Assembly: GCA_944391745.1 (NCBI GenBank)
Contig: CALXUS010000010.1
Location: forward strand, 339 to 64,338
Reading direction: 5' to 3'
DNA: 64,000 nt
Source: an uncultured Clostridia bacterium
Lineage (GTDB): Bacteria > Bacillota > Clostridia > TANB77 > CAG-508
The translations under genes were made by a program, and so were the position numbers. The notes beneath the pieces are model-generated. The model was not told where the DNA came from and did not search any database. It saw only the letters and a list, made by a program, of their open reading frames with translations. Below are positions 10,088 through 21,200 of this stretch, piece by piece. How positions within the stretch are numbered: position 1 is the stretch's first letter; each line of letters starts with the position of its first letter.

Positions 10088-10651
10088 ATGGGTGACATAA
10101 ACGTATATTCTGGACCAATGAAATGTGGCAAAACTCAACAAATTCTTAATGAGTATAAAAGGCAATTAATCGCAGGAAAAAAAGTAAAAATGTTTAAACC
10201 TACTATAGATACTAGATGTGCAAATAATGTCGTAGCTTCTAGAAATGGCATAGATATTCCTGCTATAAGCATAAGTAGAATATCTGAATTAGAAAAATAT
10301 GAGGCAGATGTTTATTGTATTGATGAATTTCAATTTTTAAAAGGAAATGTAAAAATAATTGAGCAGATGGCTGATTGTGGTAAAAAGTTTTTTATTGCCG
10401 GATTAAACCTTACTGCTGAAAAAAAGCCTTTCGGTAAAATGGCTGATTTATTGTGCATTGCTGATAATATTCAAATGTTAACAGCAATTTGCGATAATTG
10501 CAAAAATGAAAATGCTGTTTTAACATACTATAAAGGTGGTAAAGATACTGATATAGTTATTGGAGATCGCCAATATATGGCTCTTTGTAGACATTGTTAT
10601 GAAATTATGACTAGACAAGATGAATTAAATAGAAGCCAGGCTCAAGCCTAG
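10088..10651 (+). CDS. tdk: thymidine kinase
   Basis: 187 aa. P-loop GPMKCGKT, DEFQF and a C-terminal Cys cluster (CDNC...CRHC). GAGGGG Shine-Dalgarno upstream. Confidence 0.9.
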   Translation: MGDINVYSGPMKCGKTQQILNEYKRQLIAGKKVKMFKPTIDTRCANNVVASRNGIDIPAISISRISELEKYEADVYCIDEFQFLKGNVKIIEQMADCGKKFFIAGLNLTAEKKPFGKMADLLCIADNIQMLTAICDNCKNENAVLTYYKGGKDTDIVIGDRQYMALCRHCYEIMTRQDELNRSQAQA

Positions 10652-10665
10652 GCTTTTTTGTTTTG
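10634..10665 (+). terminator. tdk intrinsic terminator
   Basis: AGCCAGGC-tcaa-GCCTAGGCT stem (one bulge) overlaps the stop codon and is followed by TTTTTTGTTTT. Confidence 0.7.
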
Positions 10666-10678
10666 ATAAATAAAAAAT

Positions 10679-10711
10679 AAAGGCAAATATGAATATTTCA
10701 TATTTGCCTTT
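10679..10711 (-). terminator. terminator of the 10715..11215 gene
   Basis: AAAGGCAAATATGAA / TTCATATTTGCCTTT is a perfect 15-bp stem with a 3-nt loop. On the minus strand it is followed by TTATTTTTTATTT. Confidence 0.7.
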
Positions 10712-10714
10712 ATT

Positions 10715-11215
10715 TTAAAATGGGAACCATGGAAATAACATTATTACTGCTCCCAATATCACTAATAAATTAACTTTAGCATCCTCTGGATTATCAAATC
10801 CAAAATCAAGTGTTCCTTCTGGTGGTAATTCAGTTCCATCTATTACAGAAATTTTTAAATTATCTATTTGCTCATAATTAAAGCTTGAATTAAATTGAGT
10901 TTCTTCACCCGGATTTAAATCATTAAGTTTAACATATTTTGTTCCAAGTAACACTCCTCTTTTAGAATAACTATCTATTTTTAAATATTTGTTAGTAACT
11001 GCTGTATCTGTATTATTCTTTACTGTACCATTTACATATCCATTAAGATATGTTGCTTTAGCTTCTGTAACTTGAACATCAAGAATTGATTCTTCTACTG
11101 AGTAGTCTTTTGTAAGATAAGTACTTTTTAAAACATAAAACGAACCTAAATCTACTATTATGTACACTATTATTATAGCTAAAAAGTACTTAAAAAAAGT
11201 TTTCATTCTACTCAT
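10715..11215 (-). CDS. hypothetical membrane-anchored protein
   Basis: 166 aa. N-terminal and C-terminal hydrophobic helices flank a beta-rich segment. AGGGGAG Shine-Dalgarno. Confidence 0.6.
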   Translation of the reverse strand: MSRMKTFFKYFLAIIIVYIIVDLGSFYVLKSTYLTKDYSVEESILDVQVTEAKATYLNGYVNGTVKNNTDTAVTNKYLKIDSYSKRGVLLGTKYVKLNDLNPGEETQFNSSFNYEQIDNLKISVIDGTELPPEGTLDFGFDNPEDAKVNLLVILGAVIMLFPWFPF

Positions 11216-11230
11216 ACTCTCTCCCCTTTA

Positions 11231-11908
11231 CTATATTTTTCTAAATACTCCTGCAACTTTACCAAGTATTTGACAATCTGGAACTATAATTGGATCCATT
11301 GTACTATTTTCAGGTTGTAAACGAATATATCCATCTTCTTTATAGAAAGTTTTAACTGTTGCTTCATCTTCTATAAGAGCAACTACTATTTGACCATTTT
11401 CAGCTGAATTTGTTCTCTTAACTAATATAAAGTCTCCATCAAGAATTCCAGCTTCAATCATACTTTCTCCTCTAACTTTAAGCATAAAGCTTTCACTGTT
11501 TCCGACAAAATCTAATGGTATAGGAAATGTATCAGTAATATTTTCAACAGCTAATATAGGTTGTCCAGCTGTTATTCTACCAACAAGAGGAACATTTACC
11601 ATTTCTTTATTTGTAAAATATTGCTTTGTGGCACTAATTCCTAGTTGATCAGTAATAACATTTTCTCCTTTGTAATTCTTTAATAACCTTAAAGTTCTTC
11701 CTTTTTGACTTTCTTTTTTTAGAAATCCTCTCTCTTCTAAAGTCTTCAAATAGCCTTGTACTGTAGCTGTAGAACTTAAACCTACTGCTCTACCAATTTC
11801 TCTAACTGATGGAGCAAATCCCCTTGCATCAATTTCCTTTTGAATAAATTTAAGTATAGCTCTTTCTCTTTTATTTAAACCATTACCATCTCTTCTTGAT
11901 TTATTCAT
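11231..11908 (-). CDS. lexA: LexA repressor
   Basis: Winged-HTH region RGFAPSVREIGRAVGLSSTATVQGYLKTLEERGFL. S24 peptidase region GESMIEAGI...VKR. I place the start at ATG 11908 (MNKSRRDG..., GGAGAGGTG Shine-Dalgarno) rather than the track start at 11968. Confidence 0.9.
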   Translation of the reverse strand: MNKSRRDGNGLNKRERAILKFIQKEIDARGFAPSVREIGRAVGLSSTATVQGYLKTLEERGFLKKESQKGRTLRLLKNYKGENVITDQLGISATKQYFTNKEMVNVPLVGRITAGQPILAVENITDTFPIPLDFVGNSESFMLKVRGESMIEAGILDGDFILVKRTNSAENGQIVVALIEDEATVKTFYKEDGYIRLQPENSTMDPIIVPDCQILGKVAGVFRKI

Positions 11909-11939
11909 CTTACACCTCTCCTTTATTAAAACTATAATA

Positions 11940-11968
11940 ATATTATCATAAAGGAAACAGTTTGTCAA
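11940..11968 (-). promoter_or_regulatory. candidate lexA promoter
   Basis: Minus strand reads TTGACA (11968-11963), 17 nt, TAATAT (11945-11940), with TGA immediately upstream of the -10 element. Confidence 0.5.
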
Positions 11969-11979
11969 ACAAAAGTTTC
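11966..11979. promoter_or_regulatory. candidate LexA (Cheo-type) operator, degenerate
   Basis: CAAAC-AAAA-GTTTC has palindromic arms AAAC/GTTT with a 4-nt spacer, compared with the Gram-positive consensus GAAC-N4-GTTC. It overlaps the -35 hexamer of the lexA promoter. Confidence 0.4.
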
Positions 11980-12043
11980 AAAAAAATTTGTTTTTATTTA
12001 ATTTTCGTCAATTCATTTTCATATTGCTAGTTCCAGTATTTTT

Positions 12044-12940
12044 TTATTCTGATTTATCTGTATCATCAATATTTTCAATTATATTTTTTATAAAATCAAC
12101 AAAGTTTGGTACTTGACATAGTAAAACAGATATACAATTTTCATAGTTATATTCTTCCATACCATTACTAATTGAATGATAATAATTTTCTTCAATTAAA
12201 TTTTTTAATGGTTCTGAATATGCTTTATATAGTTCTTCAATTATTATCTTTGATTTGTTATAATTTGATTGTTTATATTGGATTATTGCATAAGGAAGCA
12301 TTATTTTATAGAATCCATCATCTGTAGTTTCTAATAAGTTCTGAACATTTTCATATTTTTCTAATATTCCATACAAACACATAAGCTTACTTTGTATGAT
12401 TGAATCTTTTCTTAAATTCAAACTTTGTTCACAGCATTCCATAGCTTCTTTAAGTCTTCCTAATTTAATTAAAAAATTAATTTTTTTATTTATTTCTTTT
12501 ATGTATTTTTCTAAGTCTTTTTCTTTATCTATTTTTGAAATCAATTCATTACATTTTATTAGTCCACTTATGATATTAGTAAAACCTAAATCTTCATTTT
12601 CATTTACTTCATTATCTCTTTTAGGTGTATTAATTATTTTTTCATATCTTTTATCTAAAATTTCATTTCCTTTTTTTGCGTTTTCAATGATATCTTCAAT
12701 TTTTTTATTTGATTCTACTGATAAATTTTCTAAATATTTTTCATAATCATTAATTACGTCATTATATTTTTTTGTTATATCATTTAGATATTCTTTATTT
12801 AATTTTTCAAAATATTCTTTAAATAGTTTATTTTTTTCATCTTTACTTAGTTCATTATCTTTTTGCATTAATATATCAAATATTTCTTTAGAACTTTTAT
12901 CTTCTTTATTTATTAATTTTTCTAAATTATCTTTATTCAT
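12044..12940 (-). CDS. hypothetical helical-repeat (TPR-like) protein
   Basis: 298 aa. GGAG Shine-Dalgarno. The C-terminal half is homologous to the neighbouring 185-aa protein (MLPYAIIQYKQSNYNKSKIIIEELY versus LLPYAIMKYKQGKYDESKKIINEIY). Confidence 0.6.
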   Translation of the reverse strand: MNKDNLEKLINKEDKSSKEIFDILMQKDNELSKDEKNKLFKEYFEKLNKEYLNDITKKYNDVINDYEKYLENLSVESNKKIEDIIENAKKGNEILDKRYEKIINTPKRDNEVNENEDLGFTNIISGLIKCNELISKIDKEKDLEKYIKEINKKINFLIKLGRLKEAMECCEQSLNLRKDSIIQSKLMCLYGILEKYENVQNLLETTDDGFYKIMLPYAIIQYKQSNYNKSKIIIEELYKAYSEPLKNLIEENYYHSISNGMEEYNYENCISVLLCQVPNFVDFIKNIIENIDDTDKSE

Positions 12941-12956
12941 AATTCAATCTCCATTT

Positions 12957-13514
12957 TTATTTTTTTATAATTTCTTTAACAAATAAAGAGAATGTATCTA
13001 CAGTTTTTAATAATTCATAAATTCTTTCTAATTCTATGTAACTTTCCTTTATTTTTTTACTTTCTTGTTTATTACTATCCCATTCTTCAGTAATTATTTC
13101 TTTTATTATTGTTTTGTTTTTATTATATATTTCATTAATTATTTTTTTGCTTTCATCATATTTTCCTTGTTTATATTTCATAATTGCATAAGGTAAAAGT
13201 ATTTTTGTACTATTATCATTATTATTATTAAAAAATTCTTCACCTTTTTGATATTCCTCAAGTAAAGCATATAACGACATCATCTCATATTTGATATTAG
13301 TTTCATTTTTTATATCTTTTTTATAGAACTGCTCTCCTATTTTTAATGTTTCTCTATATTTTCCTAACTCCTTTAAATTTAACATTTTCTCTTGAACAAA
13401 CATTAATAAGTACTTGTTATCAGAATATTTATTTAAAAGCTCTTCACTATTATTTATATTTTTTATACACTCTAATGTTTTATCATCTAATATATCTAAA
13501 TCCTCTATATTCAT
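12957..13514 (-). CDS. hypothetical helical-repeat protein, paralog of 12044..12940
   Basis: 185 aa. AAGGAG Shine-Dalgarno. Shares colinear motifs with the neighbouring gene. Confidence 0.6.
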   Translation of the reverse strand: MNIEDLDILDDKTLECIKNINNSEELLNKYSDNKYLLMFVQEKMLNLKELGKYRETLKIGEQFYKKDIKNETNIKYEMMSLYALLEEYQKGEEFFNNNNDNSTKILLPYAIMKYKQGKYDESKKIINEIYNKNKTIIKEIITEEWDSNKQESKKIKESYIELERIYELLKTVDTFSLFVKEIIKK

Positions 13515-13532
13515 AATTACTCCTTACTTTCA

Positions 13533-14033
13533 TTATGCGTTTTTTTCTAAAGCTTTTAATATCATTTTATAATCTACATTTTTGCAGACAATCAATTTAC
13601 TTGAATATTTGTAAATTAAGTTTTCAAAATCTGTTTTGTTTTTTTCAAAATCATTAGTCCATTTATACATATTTTTAAGCATTTTTTTATCAGGTTTATA
13701 ATTGCATTTTTCTATTTTTAATTTTTGCTTGATGAATCTAAATAAAATTCTTCTTTTCCTAATTTTTAATGGAATGTCTAAATAGATTATTTTATCAGCT
13801 AAATCTAATAAAAAATGTAAATTCTTTCTAAGAGTACCTTCAATAATCCAGTCTCTATTATTATCTATCGTTTTTATAATTTCTATCTGTTCTTCATGAC
13901 TTCTGACTTTATTATTTTTATCATCGTGAACTATTGAATCTATTTCATAATATTTTATATTTAATTGTTTAGATAAATTTTTTGCAAGTGTCGTTTTTCC
14001 ACTTGCAACAATTCCTATAATTAAAATCTTCAT
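13533..14033 (-). CDS. P-loop kinase-like protein (adenylate kinase / topology modulation FlaR-like)
   Basis: MKILIIGIVASGKTTLAKNL Walker A motif. Start moved to ATG 14033 (AGGAG 9 nt upstream). The track start at 14063 overlaps obg. Confidence 0.7.
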   Translation of the reverse strand: MKILIIGIVASGKTTLAKNLSKQLNIKYYEIDSIVHDDKNNKVRSHEEQIEIIKTIDNNRDWIIEGTLRKNLHFLLDLADKIIYLDIPLKIRKRRILFRFIKQKLKIEKCNYKPDKKMLKNMYKWTNDFEKNKTDFENLIYKYSSKLIVCKNVDYKMILKALEKNA

Positions 14034-14050
14034 AGATTTATCTCCTACAA

Positions 14051-16388
<2,338 letters not shown>

Positions 16389-16434
16389 AAGCTTAAATTC
16401 CTTTCTTAAAATTTCTGTAAATTTAATGTTGAAA

Positions 16435-16743
16435 TTATTGATTGTAAACTGTAAGTTTTATTAATAAATCTTTATCATCATCTTCTGCTGCTTTATTCTT
16501 TTTTATAGTTCCACATTTTTCGCATTTATATTTTATTACATATCCTTTTTTGCTATCCAATTCTACTTGAATAGGTTTTAGTAATCCATGACATGTTTCT
16601 TCTCTATCTCCTGGCATTTTGTCTACATGTTTCGAATACAAGCAATATGGACAATGGTCTCTAGATGTATATCCTAGTTTTGAAACTTTTTTGCCACAAT
16701 TTTCACATATAAATTCTTCATCTCTTTTTGTGAATTGTTTCAT
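16435..16743 (-). CDS. RNHCP domain-containing zinc-ribbon protein
   Basis: FICENCGKK...SRDHCPYCLYSKHVD...CHG...CEKCG. Start placed at the second ATG (16743), which has GGAAGGG upstream. Confidence 0.75.
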   Translation of the reverse strand: MKQFTKRDEEFICENCGKKVSKLGYTSRDHCPYCLYSKHVDKMPGDREETCHGLLKPIQVELDSKKGYVIKYKCEKCGTIKKNKAAEDDDKDLLIKLTVYNQ

Positions 16744-16819
16744 ATTTTTCCCTTCCATTACTGATTAAAGTTTTTAGTTAAATATATAATTTTTTTAAAA
16801 TTATATATTTAACTTTTTA

Positions 16820-18463
16820 TTAATATTCAAATATACTATTTCCTATAAATTCTCTTAGAATTGAGTTATTAGGTATTGCTGTTTCATCCATACTATCAAA
16901 ATATTCTAATAAAGTACTTAATCTTTTTGCTTCTGAATACTCTGGAACGTCATTTTCTATTTCATCTAATAATGGTTTAGCATATTTAGCTAAAACTGCT
17001 AATTCATATACTAAAGAACTGTTAAACATACTATCAGCTTCTTCTTGATAAGGGAAAATATTTTTGTTTTCACCTTTATTAACAGAATCCCATCTTTTTA
17101 ATGTATCTAAAGCAGAATATCCTCTATAGTTGTAATCTCTAACAATTCTTCTAATTAGTCTTGTATCAGTTGTAGAAATACGATTGAAATAGTCAATATT
17201 TAAAACAGTTAAATCACTTATATATATTTTATATTTACTTTCTTTTGGAATAGTACTTGTCAATTTGTCATTTAATGAGTGAATTCCCTCAATAACTAAT
17301 ATGTCATTTTCACCCATTCTTAATTTGTTTCCTTCATATCTTTTTGTTCCAACTTTAAAATCAAAAGTAGGAACTTCTATTTCTTCACCATTAATTAATT
17401 TTGTTAAATGATCATTAAATAATTTTAAATCAAGTGCTTCAATTGTTTCAAAATCATATTCACCATTTTCATCTCTAGGAGTATTCTCTCTTTCAACAAA
17501 ATAATTATCAGTTCCTATAGTTACTGGATTTAGTCCATGTAATTTCAATTGTATTCCTAGTCTTTTAGCAAATGTAGTTTTACCTGATGAAGATGGTCCT
17601 GCTATAAGTACCATTTTTACATCTTTTCTTTCAGCAATTTTATCTGCAATTTGAGCTATTTTTTTCTCGTGTAATGCTTCTGCAGTAAGAACCATTTCAT
17701 TTGCTCTACCTTCTTTTATGCAATTATTTAAATTTCCTATAGTACTTATATGCATTAATCTGTTTATATCATCGTATTCTTCTAATGTTGCCTGTAATTT
17801 TTTTGTTTCAATGAATTCTCCTAATTCATTTGGATTATTTCTATTAGGATATCTAACAATAAATCCATCTTTGTATTTTTTTATATCAAATAACTTTATA
17901 AATCCAGTTGATATAGGCATAACTCCATAAAAATAGTTATAATAATCTTCACAAAAATATAATGATACAGTATCTTTTTCTTTATTTTCAACTTGAAGTC
18001 TTCCTCTGAATGTATTTTCTTTTGCATAAAATTCTTCCGCTTCTTTTTTATCCATTATAACTTTTGTTATAGGTAAATCTTTTTCAATTATTGAAGCCAT
18101 TTCTTCTTTTACATTGTGTAACATTTCAGCAGTAATTGGCATATTTTGAATTTCACAAAACATTGCATTTGATAATTGATAATTTATGTTTAACCATGCC
18201 TCAGGATATAATTTATAAAATGCTTTTGCCATTATATATAAAAGTCCTCTAACATAAATTCTCATTCCATCTTTATCTGTAATATCAATTAAGTCTACTC
18301 TATCTCCTTCTTTTATTACATAATCTAATGATTTAACTTCATTATTACATCTGCAAGCGATTATATTATTTTTAGAAAATTTAATGTTATTCTTAAATAA
18401 ATCTATAACCTTTGCCTCTTTCATTTGAACTCCAACTTCATTATTATGATAAAATATTTTCAT
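16820..18463 (-). CDS. uridine kinase-family nucleoside kinase with long N-terminal extension
   Basis: 547 aa. P-loop IAGPSSSGKTTFAKRLG in the C-terminal half. The N-terminal part of about 270 aa resembles the TGS / ThrRS second-additional-domain type. AAGGAGAA Shine-Dalgarno. Confidence 0.75.
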   Translation of the reverse strand: MKIFYHNNEVGVQMKEAKVIDLFKNNIKFSKNNIIACRCNNEVKSLDYVIKEGDRVDLIDITDKDGMRIYVRGLLYIMAKAFYKLYPEAWLNINYQLSNAMFCEIQNMPITAEMLHNVKEEMASIIEKDLPITKVIMDKKEAEEFYAKENTFRGRLQVENKEKDTVSLYFCEDYYNYFYGVMPISTGFIKLFDIKKYKDGFIVRYPNRNNPNELGEFIETKKLQATLEEYDDINRLMHISTIGNLNNCIKEGRANEMVLTAEALHEKKIAQIADKIAERKDVKMVLIAGPSSSGKTTFAKRLGIQLKLHGLNPVTIGTDNYFVERENTPRDENGEYDFETIEALDLKLFNDHLTKLINGEEIEVPTFDFKVGTKRYEGNKLRMGENDILVIEGIHSLNDKLTSTIPKESKYKIYISDLTVLNIDYFNRISTTDTRLIRRIVRDYNYRGYSALDTLKRWDSVNKGENKNIFPYQEEADSMFNSSLVYELAVLAKYAKPLLDEIENDVPEYSEAKRLSTLLEYFDSMDETAIPNNSILREFIGNSIFEY

Positions 18464-18518
18464 AAGTTTTCTCCTTTTCTTTATCTAATTTTTATTTATT
18501 CTATGTTGTTTTTTTCTT

Positions 18519-21167
18519 TTAATTCATGCTTTCTTTCATTTTTGAAAGAATATTTAAAGCATCAATAGGTGTAATTTCTTCAAGTTTAATTTTATCTAAT
18601 TCATGAGCTATTTCAGCTAATTTGTAATTAAACATATCCATTTGACCTTCGCTTTTAGCTTTTTCTTCCTTTGTTTTTGGTGTATCTCTCATTATACTTT
18701 TTCTTTCTAATGATTTTAAAATTTCATTTGCTCTTTTAGTTACTGCTTTAGGAACTCCGGCAAGCTTTGCTACATGTACACCATAACTTTCATCTGTTCC
18801 TCCTGGTAATATCTTTCTAAGAAATATTACATCTTCGCCCTTTTCTTTAACAGCTACATGATAATTTTTTACACCTTCCAATTTATTTTCTAATCCTACT
18901 AATTCATGATAGTGTGTTGCAAATAATGTTTTTGCGCCACAGGTTTCTTTATTAGATATATACTCTGCTACAGCCCAAGCAATTGATAATCCATCATAGG
19001 TTGACGTTCCTCTTCCAATCTCATCTAATATAACTAGGCTTTTGTTTGTTGCATTTTTAAGTATTGAGGAAACCTCCATCATTTCAACCATGAAGGTACT
19101 TTCACCCATACTTAAATCATCTGATGCTCCTACTCTCGTAAATATTTTATCTACTACACCTATATGAGCTTTACTAGCAGGGACGAAACTTCCTATTTGA
19201 GCCATTAGTGTTATTAAAGCAACTTGTCTCATATATGTTGATTTTCCTGCCATATTTGGTCCTGTAATAATTGATAATCTATTTTCATTAGAATCTAGAT
19301 AAGCATCATTTTGAACAAAAGCACCAGCAGGAAGCATTTTTTCAATTACTGGATGTCTTCCATCTTTTATGTCTATAATATCACTATTATCTACTTCAGG
19401 CTTACAGTAATTCATTTCTTCAGCAACTTTTGCTAAAGAACATAACACATCAACTTTTGCGACAATACTCGCAGAAGTTTGTAATCTTTTTGCACTTTGT
19501 TCTATTGTATCTCTAACTTTAACAAAAGCATCATACTCAAGTGCCACAACTCTTTCCTGAGCCCCTAAAATTTGATTTTCTAAGCTTTTTAGTTCTTCTG
19601 TAATATATCTTTCTCCTGTTGTTAAAGTTTGTTTTCTAATATATCTTTCTGGAACTTGTTTTACAAAAGATTTGCTAACTTCTATATAATATCCAAATAC
19701 TTTGTTATAGCCTACTTTTAAATTTTTTATTCCTGTTTCTTGTTTTTCTCTTGCTTCTAATTCTGCAAGCCACTTTCTTCCATTTGTTGTAGCATCTAGT
19801 AATTCATCTATAGTATCATTATAACCCTTTTTTATTAGTCCTCCTTCTTTAACACTCATTGGAGGATCATCTACTATACATTTATCTATTATTTCATAAA
19901 TGTCCTCAAGAATATCTAGACCTGTATATAATTCTTGAAGCATTTCAGAATTTGTATTTTTTAGGATATTTTTTATTTCCGGTAATTGATGTACTGAATT
20001 TTTTAATGTAACTAAATCTCTTGCATTAGCAGTTCCATAAGAAATTTTACCAGCTAATCTTTCTATATCATAGACTTTTTTTAATGAATTACATAAATCA
20101 TCTCTAAGCATTGGGCTATTTTTTAGTTCATTAACCGCTTCTAATCTTTTGTTAATTGCGTTAACATCAATTAAAGGATCACTAATCCATCTTCTTAAAA
20201 GTCTTCCTCCCATAGAGGTATCTGTTTTATCTAATACCCATAGTAAAGTTCCTTTTTTTGATTTATCTCGCATTCTTTCAGTAATTTCTAAATTTCTCCT
20301 AGCATTAATATCTAAGGACATATATTTTGTAGTAGTATATATAGTTATTTGATTTAAATTTTCCATTTTTGCCTTTTGTGTATCTTCAATATAATACATT
20401 AGCCCATTAATCGCTGATACAGCAAATAACTTTGTTTTTATTGTTGAAATTTTTTCACCCTTATCATCTCTTAAATCAAATTCTTTATCTATTTTTTGAT
20501 AATCTGATTCAAAATTATCTATTACTGATATAAAACAATTAAATCTTTTCTTTATAGTTTCTATTTCTTCTTTGCTATCTGCCATCATTTTATTAATTAC
20601 TAATTCAGATGGATTATATCTTGAAATTTCATCTAGTAATTTTTCGAAATTATTTTCTTCTCTAATTTCTGTAGAATAAAAATCGCCTGTAGATATATCA
20701 CAAACAGCAAGTCCAAAGTAAATTCCTTCTTTGTATATAGCCATAATATAATTGTTCTTTTTTTCTTCAAGTAAAGAACTCTCAACGACTGTACCAGGTG
20801 TAACTACTTTTATTACATCTCTTTTTACTATTCCTTTAGCCAATTTAGGATCTTCTAATTGCTCACATATTGCAACTTTGTATCCTTTTTCTATTAATTT
20901 AGCTATATAACTTTCAGCAGCATGATAAGGAATTCCACACATTGGTGCTCTTTCTTCTTGACCACAATCTTTTCCCGTTAGAGTTAATTCTAGCTCTCTT
21001 GAAACATTAATTGCGTCATCAAAAAACATTTCATAAAAATCGCCTAATCTATAAAACAATATACAATCTTTATATTTTTCTTTTGTTTTTAAATAATGTT
21101 GCATCATTGGTGAAAATTTTTTTAAATTATTATCTGTTTCATTTTCTCTTTCAATTGATTCTGACAC
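18519..21167 (-). CDS. mutS: DNA mismatch repair protein MutS
   Basis: 882 aa. TPMMQQY-like SPMMQHYL, FYRLGDFYEMF, Walker A GPNMAGKST and DEIGRGTSTYDG. Confidence 0.95.
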   Translation of the reverse strand: MSESIERENETDNNLKKFSPMMQHYLKTKEKYKDCILFYRLGDFYEMFFDDAINVSRELELTLTGKDCGQEERAPMCGIPYHAAESYIAKLIEKGYKVAICEQLEDPKLAKGIVKRDVIKVVTPGTVVESSLLEEKKNNYIMAIYKEGIYFGLAVCDISTGDFYSTEIREENNFEKLLDEISRYNPSELVINKMMADSKEEIETIKKRFNCFISVIDNFESDYQKIDKEFDLRDDKGEKISTIKTKLFAVSAINGLMYYIEDTQKAKMENLNQITIYTTTKYMSLDINARRNLEITERMRDKSKKGTLLWVLDKTDTSMGGRLLRRWISDPLIDVNAINKRLEAVNELKNSPMLRDDLCNSLKKVYDIERLAGKISYGTANARDLVTLKNSVHQLPEIKNILKNTNSEMLQELYTGLDILEDIYEIIDKCIVDDPPMSVKEGGLIKKGYNDTIDELLDATTNGRKWLAELEAREKQETGIKNLKVGYNKVFGYYIEVSKSFVKQVPERYIRKQTLTTGERYITEELKSLENQILGAQERVVALEYDAFVKVRDTIEQSAKRLQTSASIVAKVDVLCSLAKVAEEMNYCKPEVDNSDIIDIKDGRHPVIEKMLPAGAFVQNDAYLDSNENRLSIITGPNMAGKSTYMRQVALITLMAQIGSFVPASKAHIGVVDKIFTRVGASDDLSMGESTFMVEMMEVSSILKNATNKSLVILDEIGRGTSTYDGLSIAWAVAEYISNKETCGAKTLFATHYHELVGLENKLEGVKNYHVAVKEKGEDVIFLRKILPGGTDESYGVHVAKLAGVPKAVTKRANEILKSLERKSIMRDTPKTKEEKAKSEGQMDMFNYKLAEIAHELDKIKLEEITPIDALNILSKMKESMN

Positions 21168-21200
21168 GATTTTTCCTCCAGCTTTAACTTTTGCTATTTT

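Noticed and set aside
11909-11968. N-terminal extensions in the track for LexA (start 11968), FtsE (31945), the ABC partner (40540), MiaB (22649), SleB (42339), the HD protein (61370) and others
   Set aside because: The extensions begin at non-ATG or Shine-Dalgarno-less codons, run through predicted promoter elements, and add residues not seen at the conserved N-termini of these families. I preferred internal ATGs with proper Shine-Dalgarno spacing.
16389-16434. Looked for a T-box leader upstream of trpS
   Set aside because: Only 46 nt separate trpS from the preceding RNHCP gene, and only 61 nt lie upstream of that gene. This is too short for a T-box, and no specifier or T-box consensus sequence was seen.
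16776-16814. Perfect 18-bp A/T-only palindrome (AGTTAAATATATAATTTT/AAAATTATATATTTAACT) after the uridine-kinase-like gene. A similar A/T-only palindrome lies at about 60632-60659.
   Set aside because: Pure A/T palindromes are expected frequently at about 25% G+C and would form weak stems. They may be terminators, but I do not regard them as special.
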